From Spirochaetota bacterium (GTDB taxonomy: Bacteria > Spirochaetota > UBA4802 > UBA5550): a stretch of DNA of 64,000 bases. The position numbers and the translations under genes were made by a program. Below the pieces are notes generated by a model. The model made no database searches, was not told the origin of the DNA, and worked only from the letters and a program-made list of their open reading frames with translations. The first letter of the stretch is position 1. The number at the start of each line of letters is the position of its first letter. The stretch spans positions 77,104-141,103 of the forward strand of contig JBNKTL010000005.1 of the NCBI GenBank assembly GCA_050298055.1, read 5' to 3'. This document shows positions 21,131 to 29,719 of this stretch, one piece after another.

Positions 21131-22159
21131 ATGAAATATAAACATCGATTTATTAGAATAATCGTACTTTTCTGTCTTTTGTTTATATACGATTATGCCT
21201 ATACCGCAACCAGGTCCATATACATAAGGACATTTAACATTGGAAGAGGGTTGTCTAAATCCGATCCCATAGGAGATAGGATAAAAGACTATATCTCGGA
21301 AGTAATAGTCGCGAAGGGCGGTTACACAATCACCTCCGATGATGAGGTCAGGCAGGTCATGGCGCAGGAAGAAGGCCTGATGTCTATGCAGACATGCTAT
21401 GACGATACCTGCGTTAAAAAGCTTATGCAGAGCCTGAGAACGGACCTGATCATTTATGGTGTGGTTTCTCTTGAAGATGGGCGTTATCATGTCACAGCTA
21501 AGATGCTCGATAGAAGAACAGGAACGGTAAAATTGACCAGGGTAAAGTCTCTGGAGTTCAAGGATAAGAATAAACTAAAAATGGCTTCCATAGACCTGGC
21601 AAATTACCTGACAGAAGGTAAAAAAATTGATATGGCACGCTATGATGACGCTTATCAGGCAGTCATCGATGCTTATGAGAAAAAAAACCCTACAGGATTA
21701 TCGGCTTATTTTCTTTATTTTAAACCCTCCAAGGCTCCTTTTAAAACTTATTACGATTCTCTGATGGGCGGAGGACTGGAATATTATTTTAAATTCAATG
21801 ATTACTTATCTTTTGGCCCGGGTATTTATTATGTGACCGGAGACGATACAAGCGGAAACGTAACAGTATCGCTCAATTCATATTCCCTGAGCTGTCGTGC
21901 TGGATATTCTCTGCTCGGCTTTATTTATCCTTACATCGGCATAACAGGCCGTGTCACATGGTATAACGAAAGGGGTTATGATAAAAGCGCGAGCTACACC
22001 GGCTATGGCGGAGATGCCTTTGCCGGATGCTCATTCATTGTATGGCGCACGCTTACAATATGGGCCGACTATTCATTGAGTCTGGTTAAACTGAACGACG
22101 AAGGAAGCACAGATATTAGCGTAAGTGCTATACGCGCAGGGGTAATGTATGGATTTTAA
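21131..22159 (+). CDS. Exported protein with probable C-terminal outer-membrane beta-barrel
   Basis: Signal peptide, alpha/beta N-domain with a CxxxxC pair, alternating aromatic strands ending in YGF. Confidence 0.6.
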   Translation: MKYKHRFIRIIVLFCLLFIYDYAYTATRSIYIRTFNIGRGLSKSDPIGDRIKDYISEVIVAKGGYTITSDDEVRQVMAQEEGLMSMQTCYDDTCVKKLMQSLRTDLIIYGVVSLEDGRYHVTAKMLDRRTGTVKLTRVKSLEFKDKNKLKMASIDLANYLTEGKKIDMARYDDAYQAVIDAYEKKNPTGLSAYFLYFKPSKAPFKTYYDSLMGGGLEYYFKFNDYLSFGPGIYYVTGDDTSGNVTVSLNSYSLSCRAGYSLLGFIYPYIGITGRVTWYNERGYDKSASYTGYGGDAFAGCSFIVWRTLTIWADYSLSLVKLNDEGSTDISVSAIRAGVMYGF

Positions 22160-22205
22160 TCGAAAATAACTTAATTGAATAATTGACTTATCGGAGGCAA
22201 TAAAA

Positions 22206-23723
22206 ATGAAAACAAAAATAAATATAAATATAAATATAGCAATTCCAATACTTTTATGCTTGTTTCTCCTTTTTACGACAAGCTGTGATAGCGGGTCAGC
22301 ATTCGATATTACAAGAGAAGGCCCCCCCTGTGCAGGTTTATGTACTCAATGGGCAAAAACAGTAGTTTCAGGTTCGAACTATTCTTGGTTTGAGTCAGTA
22401 GCAGTAGACAGCAGCGGAAATGTCTATGCTGCAGGTTTTATAAATGGTACTAGTGAGATTAATTTCGGTAATGGCCAGACGGCAACAGGTGTAATTAGTG
22501 GTGATAGTTTACTTCTTGTGAAATATAACTCATCCGGAGTAGCTCAATGGGCAAAGACAGTAACTTCTGGTTCGAACAGTTCTCGGTTTTACTCAGTGGC
22601 CGTCGATAGCAGTGGAAATGTCTATGCTGCAGGTTATATAAATGGCACCACTGCATATGATTTCGGTAATAGCCAGACTGCCACAGGCTCATATAGTGGG
22701 AATAATATTCTTCTTGTAAAATACAACTCATCCGGACTAGCTCAATGGGCAAAGACAGTAGATACAGGTTCGCTCTCTTCTATTTTTTATTCAGTATCAG
22801 TAGATGGCAGCGGAAATGTCTATGCTGCAGGTTATATAAATGGCACCACTGCATATGATTTCGGTAATAGCCAGACTGCCACAGGTTCACATAGTAGTAA
22901 TAATATACTTCTTGTGAAATATAACTCATCCGGTGTGGCTCAATGGGCAAAGACAGTAATTTCAGGTTCGAACTCTTCATGGTTTAGGTCAGTATCAGTG
23001 GACAGCATCGGAAATGTCTATGCTGCCGGTAGTATTTCGGGCACCACTGCATTTGATTTTGGCAATAGCCAGACTGCCACAGGTTCATATAGTAGTAATA
23101 ATATACTTCTTGTGAAATATAACTCATCCGGAGTAGCTCAATGGGCAAAGACGGTAGATTCAAGTTCAAGTTATTCCGAATTTTATTCAGTGGCAGTAGA
23201 CGGCAGCGGAAATGTCTATGCTGCAGGTTATATTGCTGGTACCACTGCATATGATTTCGGCAATAGCCAGACTGCCACAGGTTCATATAGTAGTAATAAT
23301 ATACTTCTTGTGAAATATAACTCATCCGGTGTAACTCAATGGGCAAAGACAGTAACTTCTGGTTCGAACAATTCTCAGTTTCAATCAGTAGTAGTAGACA
23401 GCAGTGGAAATCTCTATGCTGCAGGTTATATAAAGGGCACTGGTGAATTTAATTTAGGCAATGATCAGATTGAAACAGGTACATTTGATGAATTAAATAT
23501 ACTTCTTGTGAAATACAACTCATCCGGCGTAACTCAAAAGGCAAAGACAATATCTTCAGGTTCAGATAGTTCTGTTTTCTTCTCAGTATCAGTAGACAGC
23601 AGTGGAAATGTCTATGCTGCAGGTTATATATATGGCACTACTGAATTTGATTTCGGCGATGATCAGACTGCAACAGGTGCAAATGGCACCAATAATATAA
23701 TTCTTGTAAAATACTCAAATTGA
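22206..23723 (+). CDS. Lipoprotein with seven 66-aa SBBP-like beta-propeller repeats
   Basis: Lipobox-like FTTSC; repeated SVAVDSSGNVYAAGY and LLVKYNSSG..QWAKT. Confidence 0.85.
   Translation: MKTKINININIAIPILLCLFLLFTTSCDSGSAFDITREGPPCAGLCTQWAKTVVSGSNYSWFESVAVDSSGNVYAAGFINGTSEINFGNGQTATGVISGDSLLLVKYNSSGVAQWAKTVTSGSNSSRFYSVAVDSSGNVYAAGYINGTTAYDFGNSQTATGSYSGNNILLVKYNSSGLAQWAKTVDTGSLSSIFYSVSVDGSGNVYAAGYINGTTAYDFGNSQTATGSHSSNNILLVKYNSSGVAQWAKTVISGSNSSWFRSVSVDSIGNVYAAGSISGTTAFDFGNSQTATGSYSSNNILLVKYNSSGVAQWAKTVDSSSSYSEFYSVAVDGSGNVYAAGYIAGTTAYDFGNSQTATGSYSSNNILLVKYNSSGVTQWAKTVTSGSNNSQFQSVVVDSSGNLYAAGYIKGTGEFNLGNDQIETGTFDELNILLVKYNSSGVTQKAKTISSGSDSSVFFSVSVDSSGNVYAAGYIYGTTEFDFGDDQTATGANGTNNIILVKYSN
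22347..23715 (+). repeat. Intragenic tandem repeat, 7 x 198 bp
   Basis: Unit starts at 22347, 22545, 22743, 22941, 23139, 23337, 23535. Confidence 0.95.
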
Positions 23724-23821
23724 GTTTCGCTTTTTTTAAGCATTTTTCTCACATCTGTAATTTCAAATTAAAGCATCAACAGATTTTAGTTGGTGCTTTT
23801 TAACAAGGGTTTTCCCTAAGG

Positions 23822-23958
23822 TGGGAGCACCGCTCCGGTGAGATCATCGAGAGGGCGGGTTTTCTCCCGCGGCCGGTGTTTGAGAGTTAGAGAGGCTGTT
23901 TCATCAATTGAGAATGATATCAGAAGGCGCGGTATTGGATCCGCGCCTTTTTTTATAA
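23822..23958 (+). repeat. Direct repeat copy 2: orphan metF 3' fragment (WEHRSGEIIERAGFLPRPVFES*) plus terminator
   Basis: Three differences from metF, all synonymous; followed by aaggcgcgg...ccgcgcctttttttt. Confidence 0.92.
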
Positions 23959-23999
23959 GGGGATTGTGGACTTTTTTAGAGAAGATTACTAAAACAAAA

Positions 24000-24443
24000 A
24001 TGGGAATAAAGAAAAAACAGTTCAGTGATTTTGAGGATCTGAAAAATTATATTACATCTGCCAAAGCAAGAGGTACAATGATTTTCTCGAAGAATTCAGA
24101 GAGATACCCGGGAGTTGTTGAATCTCTTACATTTTATTCCACTAGATCGGGCAAAAAACTTGATCTTCACCACACTTTTGAATCCTACGGTCTTGACTGG
24201 ATGGGAGATCTCTCAGAACACATATCCTATCATATTGAGAGTTTGGATTCATTTAAAGAAGTTTTAGATAAACCGGAAATTGACTTAAAAGAGTTGATAG
24301 TAATGTTCTCTTTACCTGAAAACTTTCAACGGACAACTGATGGAAAAACAGAAATGTATCAAAAGGGTTGGAAAGACCTCTGCAAGGACTTTAAATCGGG
24401 AAAGCTATTCATAGAGGGACTTCAGGTAAAGGAAGATTCCTGA
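24000..24443 (+). CDS. Hypothetical protein (147 aa)
   Basis: ORF after the duplicated terminator; ATG 24000 preferred because the longer start lies inside the repeat. Confidence 0.55.
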   Translation: MGIKKKQFSDFEDLKNYITSAKARGTMIFSKNSERYPGVVESLTFYSTRSGKKLDLHHTFESYGLDWMGDLSEHISYHIESLDSFKEVLDKPEIDLKELIVMFSLPENFQRTTDGKTEMYQKGWKDLCKDFKSGKLFIEGLQVKEDS

Positions 24444-24559
24444 AAATGGATGAATTGTATCAGCGAAATCAAAAAGTGTTTTACATATTTCCCTGGAAAG
24501 TTAAAATTATTCTTATGTATAGTTGAGTCGTTACAATCAAAGGCTATTGAGGACAGAGT

Positions 24560-24754
24560 ATGATAGAACCGGTAACAAGAAAATTTAAAATGGAAGATGT
24601 TGATGATGATTTTGAGACTATCTCTTTCTGGATGAGTAAAACTCCGGAAGAGAGAATGGATGCCATGGGTATCCTTCATAAACGAATGATCCTTGCACAG
24701 GGTTATAAAAGAATCCCCCGAATTAAGAAAATAACAAGAAAAGTAAAAAAATAA
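24560..24754 (+). CDS. Small protein, probable partner of the downstream nucleotidyltransferase
   Basis: GAGGA RBS; FW.SKTPEER motif of a kind often seen upstream of minimal nucleotidyltransferases. Confidence 0.6.
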   Translation: MIEPVTRKFKMEDVDDDFETISFWMSKTPEERMDAMGILHKRMILAQGYKRIPRIKKITRKVKK

Positions 24755-24756
24755 AC

Positions 24757-24897
24757 GTAATTATTCGGCTATGTATTAAATAAACATTTTCATAAATAGA
24801 AGATAACTGATGTGCCCCCGCCGCATTCGGCGGCGGGGGCACATTGATGTAATTTTATTACATTCGTATATTTTTAATCATACAACTGAGTAGTAAC
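24757..24897. mobile_element. ~140-bp palindromic MITE/REPIN-like element, copy A
   Basis: Imperfect terminal inverted repeats (gtaattattcggctatgtat / atacaactgagtagtaac) and a central perfect 15-bp GC stem at 24810-24844. Confidence 0.7.
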
Positions 24898-24906
24898 AAA
24901 TAAACA

Positions 24907-25370
24907 ATGAACATTCATGATGATTTTATAGAATTTATCTCACTGATGATAAAAAATAATATTGATTCATTATTGTCGGGGCGCATGTAATGGGCTTCTA
25001 CGGAATGCCCCGTGCAACCGGTGATATTGATATCTGGATTAAGCCCTCTGAAGTTAATGCAAAGAACCTGTTGCTTGTAATAAAAGAGTTTTTCGGAACA
25101 GATTTTGATTACACGGCTGCAGACCTGCTCGATGATGAAACAATTCAATTTGGGGTACAACCGGTACGAATTGATCTGATAAAAACACTAAGCGGTGTGT
25201 CCAATGAAGAATTATGGAATACGAAAATCAAAGGGCGCTTTGCTGATTATGATGTCTATTTCATCAGCAGGGAACTTTTCATTAAAAATAAAAAAGCGTC
25301 TGGAAGAAGAAAAGACCTTTTTGATGCGGAAACACTCCTTGATTTTGACGCAAAAAACTCTATAAAATGA
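24907..25370 (+). pseudogene. Minimal nucleotidyltransferase (DUF6036-like) with a 1-nt frameshift near 24967
   Basis: MNIHDDFIEFISLMIKNNID in one frame joins (F)IIVGAHVMGFYGMPRATGDIDIW...NKKASGRRKDL.D in another. Confidence 0.75.
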
Positions 25371-25706
25371 AAAAAAAGGCAAATTAAAACTTCCCGTATA
25401 TTCTTATGAACAATTCTCTGTCCTGTTTAATTTAAGGACACACACATATATAGGACACTTCGGTAAACTCAGTGTATGCTTTTCAGTATAAAAAGGACCT
25501 TTGTGGGGTGATGACGGCTTTATCACAACCTCCTGTCGCAGTACCGGCAGGTCTTTGTCTGGAAAACTTTCCTGGAAAAAACATATGACTTAAGTAAATA
25601 AATCCTGCCTGATATATAAAAACAATCAGACAATGATAAAAAGCTGGGAAACTGCATTTTTATTCACTATTTTAATAATAAGTAATTATGCAGGCAGTCA
25701 TATATT

Positions 25707-26378
25707 ATGAAAATGAAAACTATTATTATATCAATAATAATTTTTCACTCTCTTTGCCTGGTTCAGTGTTCGAAATTACATGCCCAGACATACCTGGGGT
25801 TTTACGGAGGGGCGGGTTATACTACCGGAAGTGAAGTTAATGTTTATAAATCGGGAGTTGAAGAATCCTATACGGTTGATTATACCATGTCAAGCCTCTT
25901 TGGTTTCAGGTTCATTACCAGAAGACAGGGCAATTCTGTGATCTATTACGGGATGGATCTGAATATCAGTTCGTTCAATGGTGAAGGCGAGAACGGAACA
26001 AATTTTAAATTAAATGCAGTGGCACTTACTCCTATGATTTTTATACGCTTTCATCTGCTCAGTAACAATGAATTTCCATTTGGCAGGCTGCATCCCTACC
26101 TGGGTGCCGGTTGTATTCTTTATTATGGTGATGCTTCAGCCCGGTACTCTTACACTTATACCGACAGAGTAAGTTTTTCATCTGCAGGAGGTGTTGGGGT
26201 TGAGGGTGTTTGCGGATTATCGCTGCATATTTCTCCAAAGGTGGCTGGTTTCTTCGAATTTCGTTCAGCATTGATAAATGTCGATGTCTCCGATGACAAC
26301 ATGTTCACTGAAGAATCTGTGGATACGACTATTCATACCAAACGTTTTGTGCTGGGTATTTCACTATTAATCCGCTGA
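25707..26378 (+). CDS. Outer-membrane beta-barrel protein
   Basis: Signal peptide, PYLGAG motif, amphipathic beta strands. Confidence 0.65.
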   Translation: MKMKTIIISIIIFHSLCLVQCSKLHAQTYLGFYGGAGYTTGSEVNVYKSGVEESYTVDYTMSSLFGFRFITRRQGNSVIYYGMDLNISSFNGEGENGTNFKLNAVALTPMIFIRFHLLSNNEFPFGRLHPYLGAGCILYYGDASARYSYTYTDRVSFSSAGGVGVEGVCGLSLHISPKVAGFFEFRSALINVDVSDDNMFTEESVDTTIHTKRFVLGISLLIR

Positions 26379-26569
26379 TTATTTCTCTTTACACGATTTG
26401 CACTTCTTTATCATGCACTGATTCTTTCCTCCTGCTCCCTCTGTGTAACTCTTCGGGCCAATACTTGTGCCCGGGAATGTGGATTTGATGTTGCCCCGGA
26501 ATAACTTTATTTCATGGTTACCGGAAAGAGTGAACATAACCCGGTTTCAGTTGCATAACAGAAAAATCC

Positions 26570-26598
26570 TTGACAATGTATATACGTATGTATATATT
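26570..26598 (+). promoter_or_regulatory. Sigma70 promoter of vapBC with overlapping palindromic operator
   Basis: TTGACA-17 nt-TATATT; gtatatac and gtatatat boxes inside the promoter. Confidence 0.75.
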
Positions 26599-26620
26599 AC
26601 CTTCAGAGGAGGAAAATACC

Positions 26621-26851
26621 ATGCTGACATCAAAGGTTTTTATTAGCGGAAACAGCCAGGCAATAAGATTGCCGAAAGAGTACCAGGTTGAAGAGAAAGA
26701 ACTCTATATCCAGAAAATCGGAAGTACAATTCTCTTATTTCCGAAGAAAAAGCCGTGGGACACTTTCGAAAAAAGCCTCACTGAATTTACCGATGATTTT
26801 ATGGAAGAGGGAAGAAATCAACCTGAAATGCAAAAAAGGGATAATTTATAA
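26621..26851 (+). CDS. vapB: AbrB-fold antitoxin
   Basis: KVFISGNSQAIRLPKEY, DFMEEGR.QP; GGAGG RBS. Confidence 0.92.
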   Translation: MLTSKVFISGNSQAIRLPKEYQVEEKELYIQKIGSTILLFPKKKPWDTFEKSLTEFTDDFMEEGRNQPEMQKRDNL

Positions 26852-27246
26852 TGTATCTTTTAGATACAAATATCTGCATATACATAATAAAGAAAAAGCC
26901 GGAACAGGTTGTTGAGCATTTTAAAAAACTGAAGCCGCACCAGGTAAAGCTTTCATCTATTTCTCTGGGAGAACTTGAATATGGTGTTTCAAAAAGCAGG
27001 GAGAGAGAAAAAAACCGGCAGGCACTTGTGCATTTTGCTTCGGCATTTGATATAATTGAATTTAATGATAATGATGCTGAAGTTTTTGGTTTGATCCGGG
27101 CAGATTTGGAGAAAAAAGGTCAAGTTGTCGGTCCCTATGATATGCAGATAGCCGCCCAGTCAATTTCCCGGGATTTTATTTTAGTGACTAATAATACTTC
27201 AGAGTTTTCAAGGATACCAAATATTAAATTAGAGAACTGGGTATAA
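26851..27246 (+). CDS. vapC: PIN-domain ribonuclease toxin
   Basis: YLLDTNICIY, EL.YG, GPYDMQIAA, LVTNN..EF.RI...ENW. Confidence 0.95.
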   Translation: MYLLDTNICIYIIKKKPEQVVEHFKKLKPHQVKLSSISLGELEYGVSKSREREKNRQALVHFASAFDIIEFNDNDAEVFGLIRADLEKKGQVVGPYDMQIAAQSISRDFILVTNNTSEFSRIPNIKLENWV

Positions 27247-27296
27247 ATAATCATCCAATTTACTCTAAAATGAATTAATATACTAAAGGAAAAAAA

Positions 27297-27767
27297 ATGC
27301 TAAAAGAGATATTAGATAGTATTGATGAATCGTTGGAAAACAATTTTAATGATGTTTTTAAGTCATTACAGCAGGGCGCCACAGAAGATGAGCTTGAGTT
27401 TTTCAGGGAAAAATTTTTTACCGGCAAAGAAATACCTGAAGGATTAATAACATTATATAAATGGCATAACGGGCAGGTTAGATTTCACTCTTTAAATCAA
27501 GATGATAATCGAACGTTTTTGCCTATTAATGAAGTGATTGATGCATGGAAATTTTTAAATAATCCTATGGAGGAGATACGAGAGCCATGGTCTAAATCCT
27601 GGATACCAATTTTATATAACGGTGCAGGTGACTACGTAGTATATGAAACGAAAGGTAGTGATAAAGGGAAACTTATTGAGTATTGGCACGATGATGAAGA
27701 TCGTGATATTGTGTATGATAGTTTGGATGAGTGGGCTGAAGAAGTATTAGCATCTTCCATTGTATAA
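27297..27767 (+). CDS. SMI1/KNR4-family immunity-like protein
   Basis: GATEDEL, P..L..LYKWHNGQ, WIP....G.GD, SL.EW. Confidence 0.85.
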   Translation: MLKEILDSIDESLENNFNDVFKSLQQGATEDELEFFREKFFTGKEIPEGLITLYKWHNGQVRFHSLNQDDNRTFLPINEVIDAWKFLNNPMEEIREPWSKSWIPILYNGAGDYVVYETKGSDKGKLIEYWHDDEDRDIVYDSLDEWAEEVLASSIV

Positions 27768-27822
27768 CAACTGGCCGCAGTTGATAAAAATTCGTATCCA
27801 ATTTACACTAAGAGGAATTAAT

Positions 27823-28578
27823 ATGAAAATCGCCATAACAGGGAAAGGAGGTGTGGGTAAAACCACACTTTCATCTCTTCTTATACAGCATATTGCCGGG
27901 AATGGTAAAAGGGTCATAGCAATCGATGCGGACCCCGATTCCAATCTTGCGTCGGCCCTGGGTTTTAAGGACATTGAAAATATAACGCCCATTTCAGAAA
28001 TGGAAGATCTCATCGAGGAGAGAACAGGTGCAAAGCCCGGGACCTCCGGGGGAATGTTCAAGATAAATCCCAAGGTGGATGACCTCCCGGAGAAGCTCTG
28101 GCTTGAGAAGGACAACATCAGGCTCATGGTCATGGGAACGGTGAAAAGCGGCGGCAGCGGATGTGTATGCCCGGAGCATGCCCTTCTCAAGAACCTTGTG
28201 ACTCACCTGGTCTTCTACCGGGATGAAGTCCTGGTCATGGATATGGAAGCGGGAATCGAGCATATCGGGAGGGGAACCGCGGGGAATGTCGACATGTTCA
28301 TTGTGGTTGTCGAGCCCGGGAAGAGAAGCATCGAGACCGCTCATAATATCAAGAAGCTCGTTGCGGACCTCGGAATAAAAAAAGTGGGTGTCGTGGGGAG
28401 CAAAATAAGGAATGAAAAGGACCGGGAATATATTAGAGAGAAGTTAAAGGATGAGGATATCCGGATTCTGGGTTTTATCCCCTACAGTGAGGATATGATA
28501 GAAGCGGACATGGAGGGTGAAGCCGTACCCCTCTCTTTAAAGGAAAATGTGGACGAGATAATAAATAATATAGCGTAA
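27823..28578 (+). CDS. cooC: CO dehydrogenase nickel-insertion ATPase (second copy)
   Basis: MKIAITGKGGVGKTT, DADPDSNL, GSGCVCPE, DMEAGIEH.GRGT. Confidence 0.93.
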   Translation: MKIAITGKGGVGKTTLSSLLIQHIAGNGKRVIAIDADPDSNLASALGFKDIENITPISEMEDLIEERTGAKPGTSGGMFKINPKVDDLPEKLWLEKDNIRLMVMGTVKSGGSGCVCPEHALLKNLVTHLVFYRDEVLVMDMEAGIEHIGRGTAGNVDMFIVVVEPGKRSIETAHNIKKLVADLGIKKVGVVGSKIRNEKDREYIREKLKDEDIRILGFIPYSEDMIEADMEGEAVPLSLKENVDEIINNIA

Positions 28579-28604
28579 GACGCGGTTACGAAACCGCGCC
28601 TTTC
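28577..28604. terminator. Terminator between converging cooC and pabC
   Basis: cgcggtt-acga-aaccgcg stem; resembles the metF terminator. Confidence 0.6.
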
Positions 28605-29250
28605 ACTTAAGAAAACCGATCTCCCCGCTGTTTGATATCTCCTGAAACCCGATAACGGCATTGGAAATATAAACTTCATCGGATTTAACCAGGTCATCCA
28701 TGAAGAATGCTTCTTCAACGACTACATGGTTTTTAATGAGATCTGCCCGGATAGTGCCCGGAAGAAGTCCTGAACTTACGGGTGGTGTAATCAGTATTCC
28801 GTTTTTTTCGATGTAGATATTTGTAATCGCCCCTTCGGTTACTTCATCTCTTTCGTTCATAAAAATGATATCGAAAAATCCCTTCTCCCTTGCCCGGGCC
28901 AGTTCGCTGTTGTAGTGATCCCTGTTTGTTGTTTTGTGGGAGAGAAAGTCGTTACTGCTTTCTGTTTTCTTTTTTGATATGGTTATCCTGTAGCTTTCCG
29001 GAAAATTCTCAATCATCTCTGTTGTTATCTCTGTTTTCCCCTCTTTTGAGAGCAGGAGTCTGACCTTGTAGGGACTGCCCGGTTTTAATGAACCTGTTGT
29101 GTTACGGATCTTTTCGCTTATCTCATCCTCATCAAAAATAAAAGCGAAGTGCTTTGCTGACTTTTGAAGTCTTGCCATATGCAGGGTGAGGTGCCGGAGA
29201 GTCCCCCGGTAGAGCATTGTCTCGATTAGTTTAAAATTGTTCCCGGCCAT
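28603..29250 (-). CDS. pabC: Class IV PLP enzyme, probable 4-amino-4-deoxychorismate lyase
   Basis: LIETM, H.ARL..SA, HKTTNR, EG.ITN, GLLPG..R, SNAV.G. Confidence 0.75.
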   Translation of the reverse strand: MAGNNFKLIETMLYRGTLRHLTLHMARLQKSAKHFAFIFDEDEISEKIRNTTGSLKPGSPYKVRLLLSKEGKTEITTEMIENFPESYRITISKKKTESSNDFLSHKTTNRDHYNSELARAREKGFFDIIFMNERDEVTEGAITNIYIEKNGILITPPVSSGLLPGTIRADLIKNHVVVEEAFFMDDLVKSDEVYISNAVIGFQEISNSGEIGFLK

Positions 29251-29263
29251 TATCGACGAATTC

Positions 29264-29629
29264 CTACAGGTAGTATGTTGCCTTTGAGTTTTCAGATTCC
29301 CAGACAGATGTCTGCCTGAGGTTTATCCCCTCCGGAAGCCTTCCGGAAATTGTTTCATGGATATATTTTGCAACGAGTTCCGAGCTCGGGTTGATCTCTT
29401 TGAAGGGCTCAAGGTCATTGAGCATTTTATGGTCCAGTTCATCTATCATGACTTTCAGCATCTTCTTTACGTCCTTGAAGTCCATGAGCATGCCGATGTC
29501 GTCAAGTTCCTCACTCTCTATCTGTATCTCAACCTTCCAGTTGTGGCCGTGGAGTTCCTCGCATTTGCCCTTATATCCTCTCAGCTGGTGTGCCGAAGAA
29601 AAATAATCATATACTGTTAATCTGTACAT
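29264..29629 (-). CDS. queD: 6-carboxytetrahydropterin synthase (PTPS family)
   Basis: FSSAH.L..Y.GKCEELHGHNW, LDH..LN, NPSSE, VWES. Confidence 0.9.
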   Translation of the reverse strand: MYRLTVYDYFSSAHQLRGYKGKCEELHGHNWKVEIQIESEELDDIGMLMDFKDVKKMLKVMIDELDHKMLNDLEPFKEINPSSELVAKYIHETISGRLPEGINLRQTSVWESENSKATYYL

Positions 29630-29719
29630 TTAAATCTCCTCTTATAGAGTTCCGGAATATATCTATGGGATTAAAGATTATTTACTGAGAATATTTCAAC
29701 AAAAAAAAATAAGGGAGGC

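Noticed and set aside
22347..23715. Regular repeats as a possible CRISPR array or DGR template/variable pair
   Set aside because: 198-bp in-frame coding repeats with no unique spacers; no cas or reverse transcriptase gene in the window
23838..23999. N-terminal extension of the 201-aa ORF
   Set aside because: Runs through the duplicated metF tail and terminator; ATG 24000 is more plausible
20100..27820. Prophage, ICE or intact integron
   Set aside because: No integrase, transposase, phage or conjugation gene and no complete attC array could be seen
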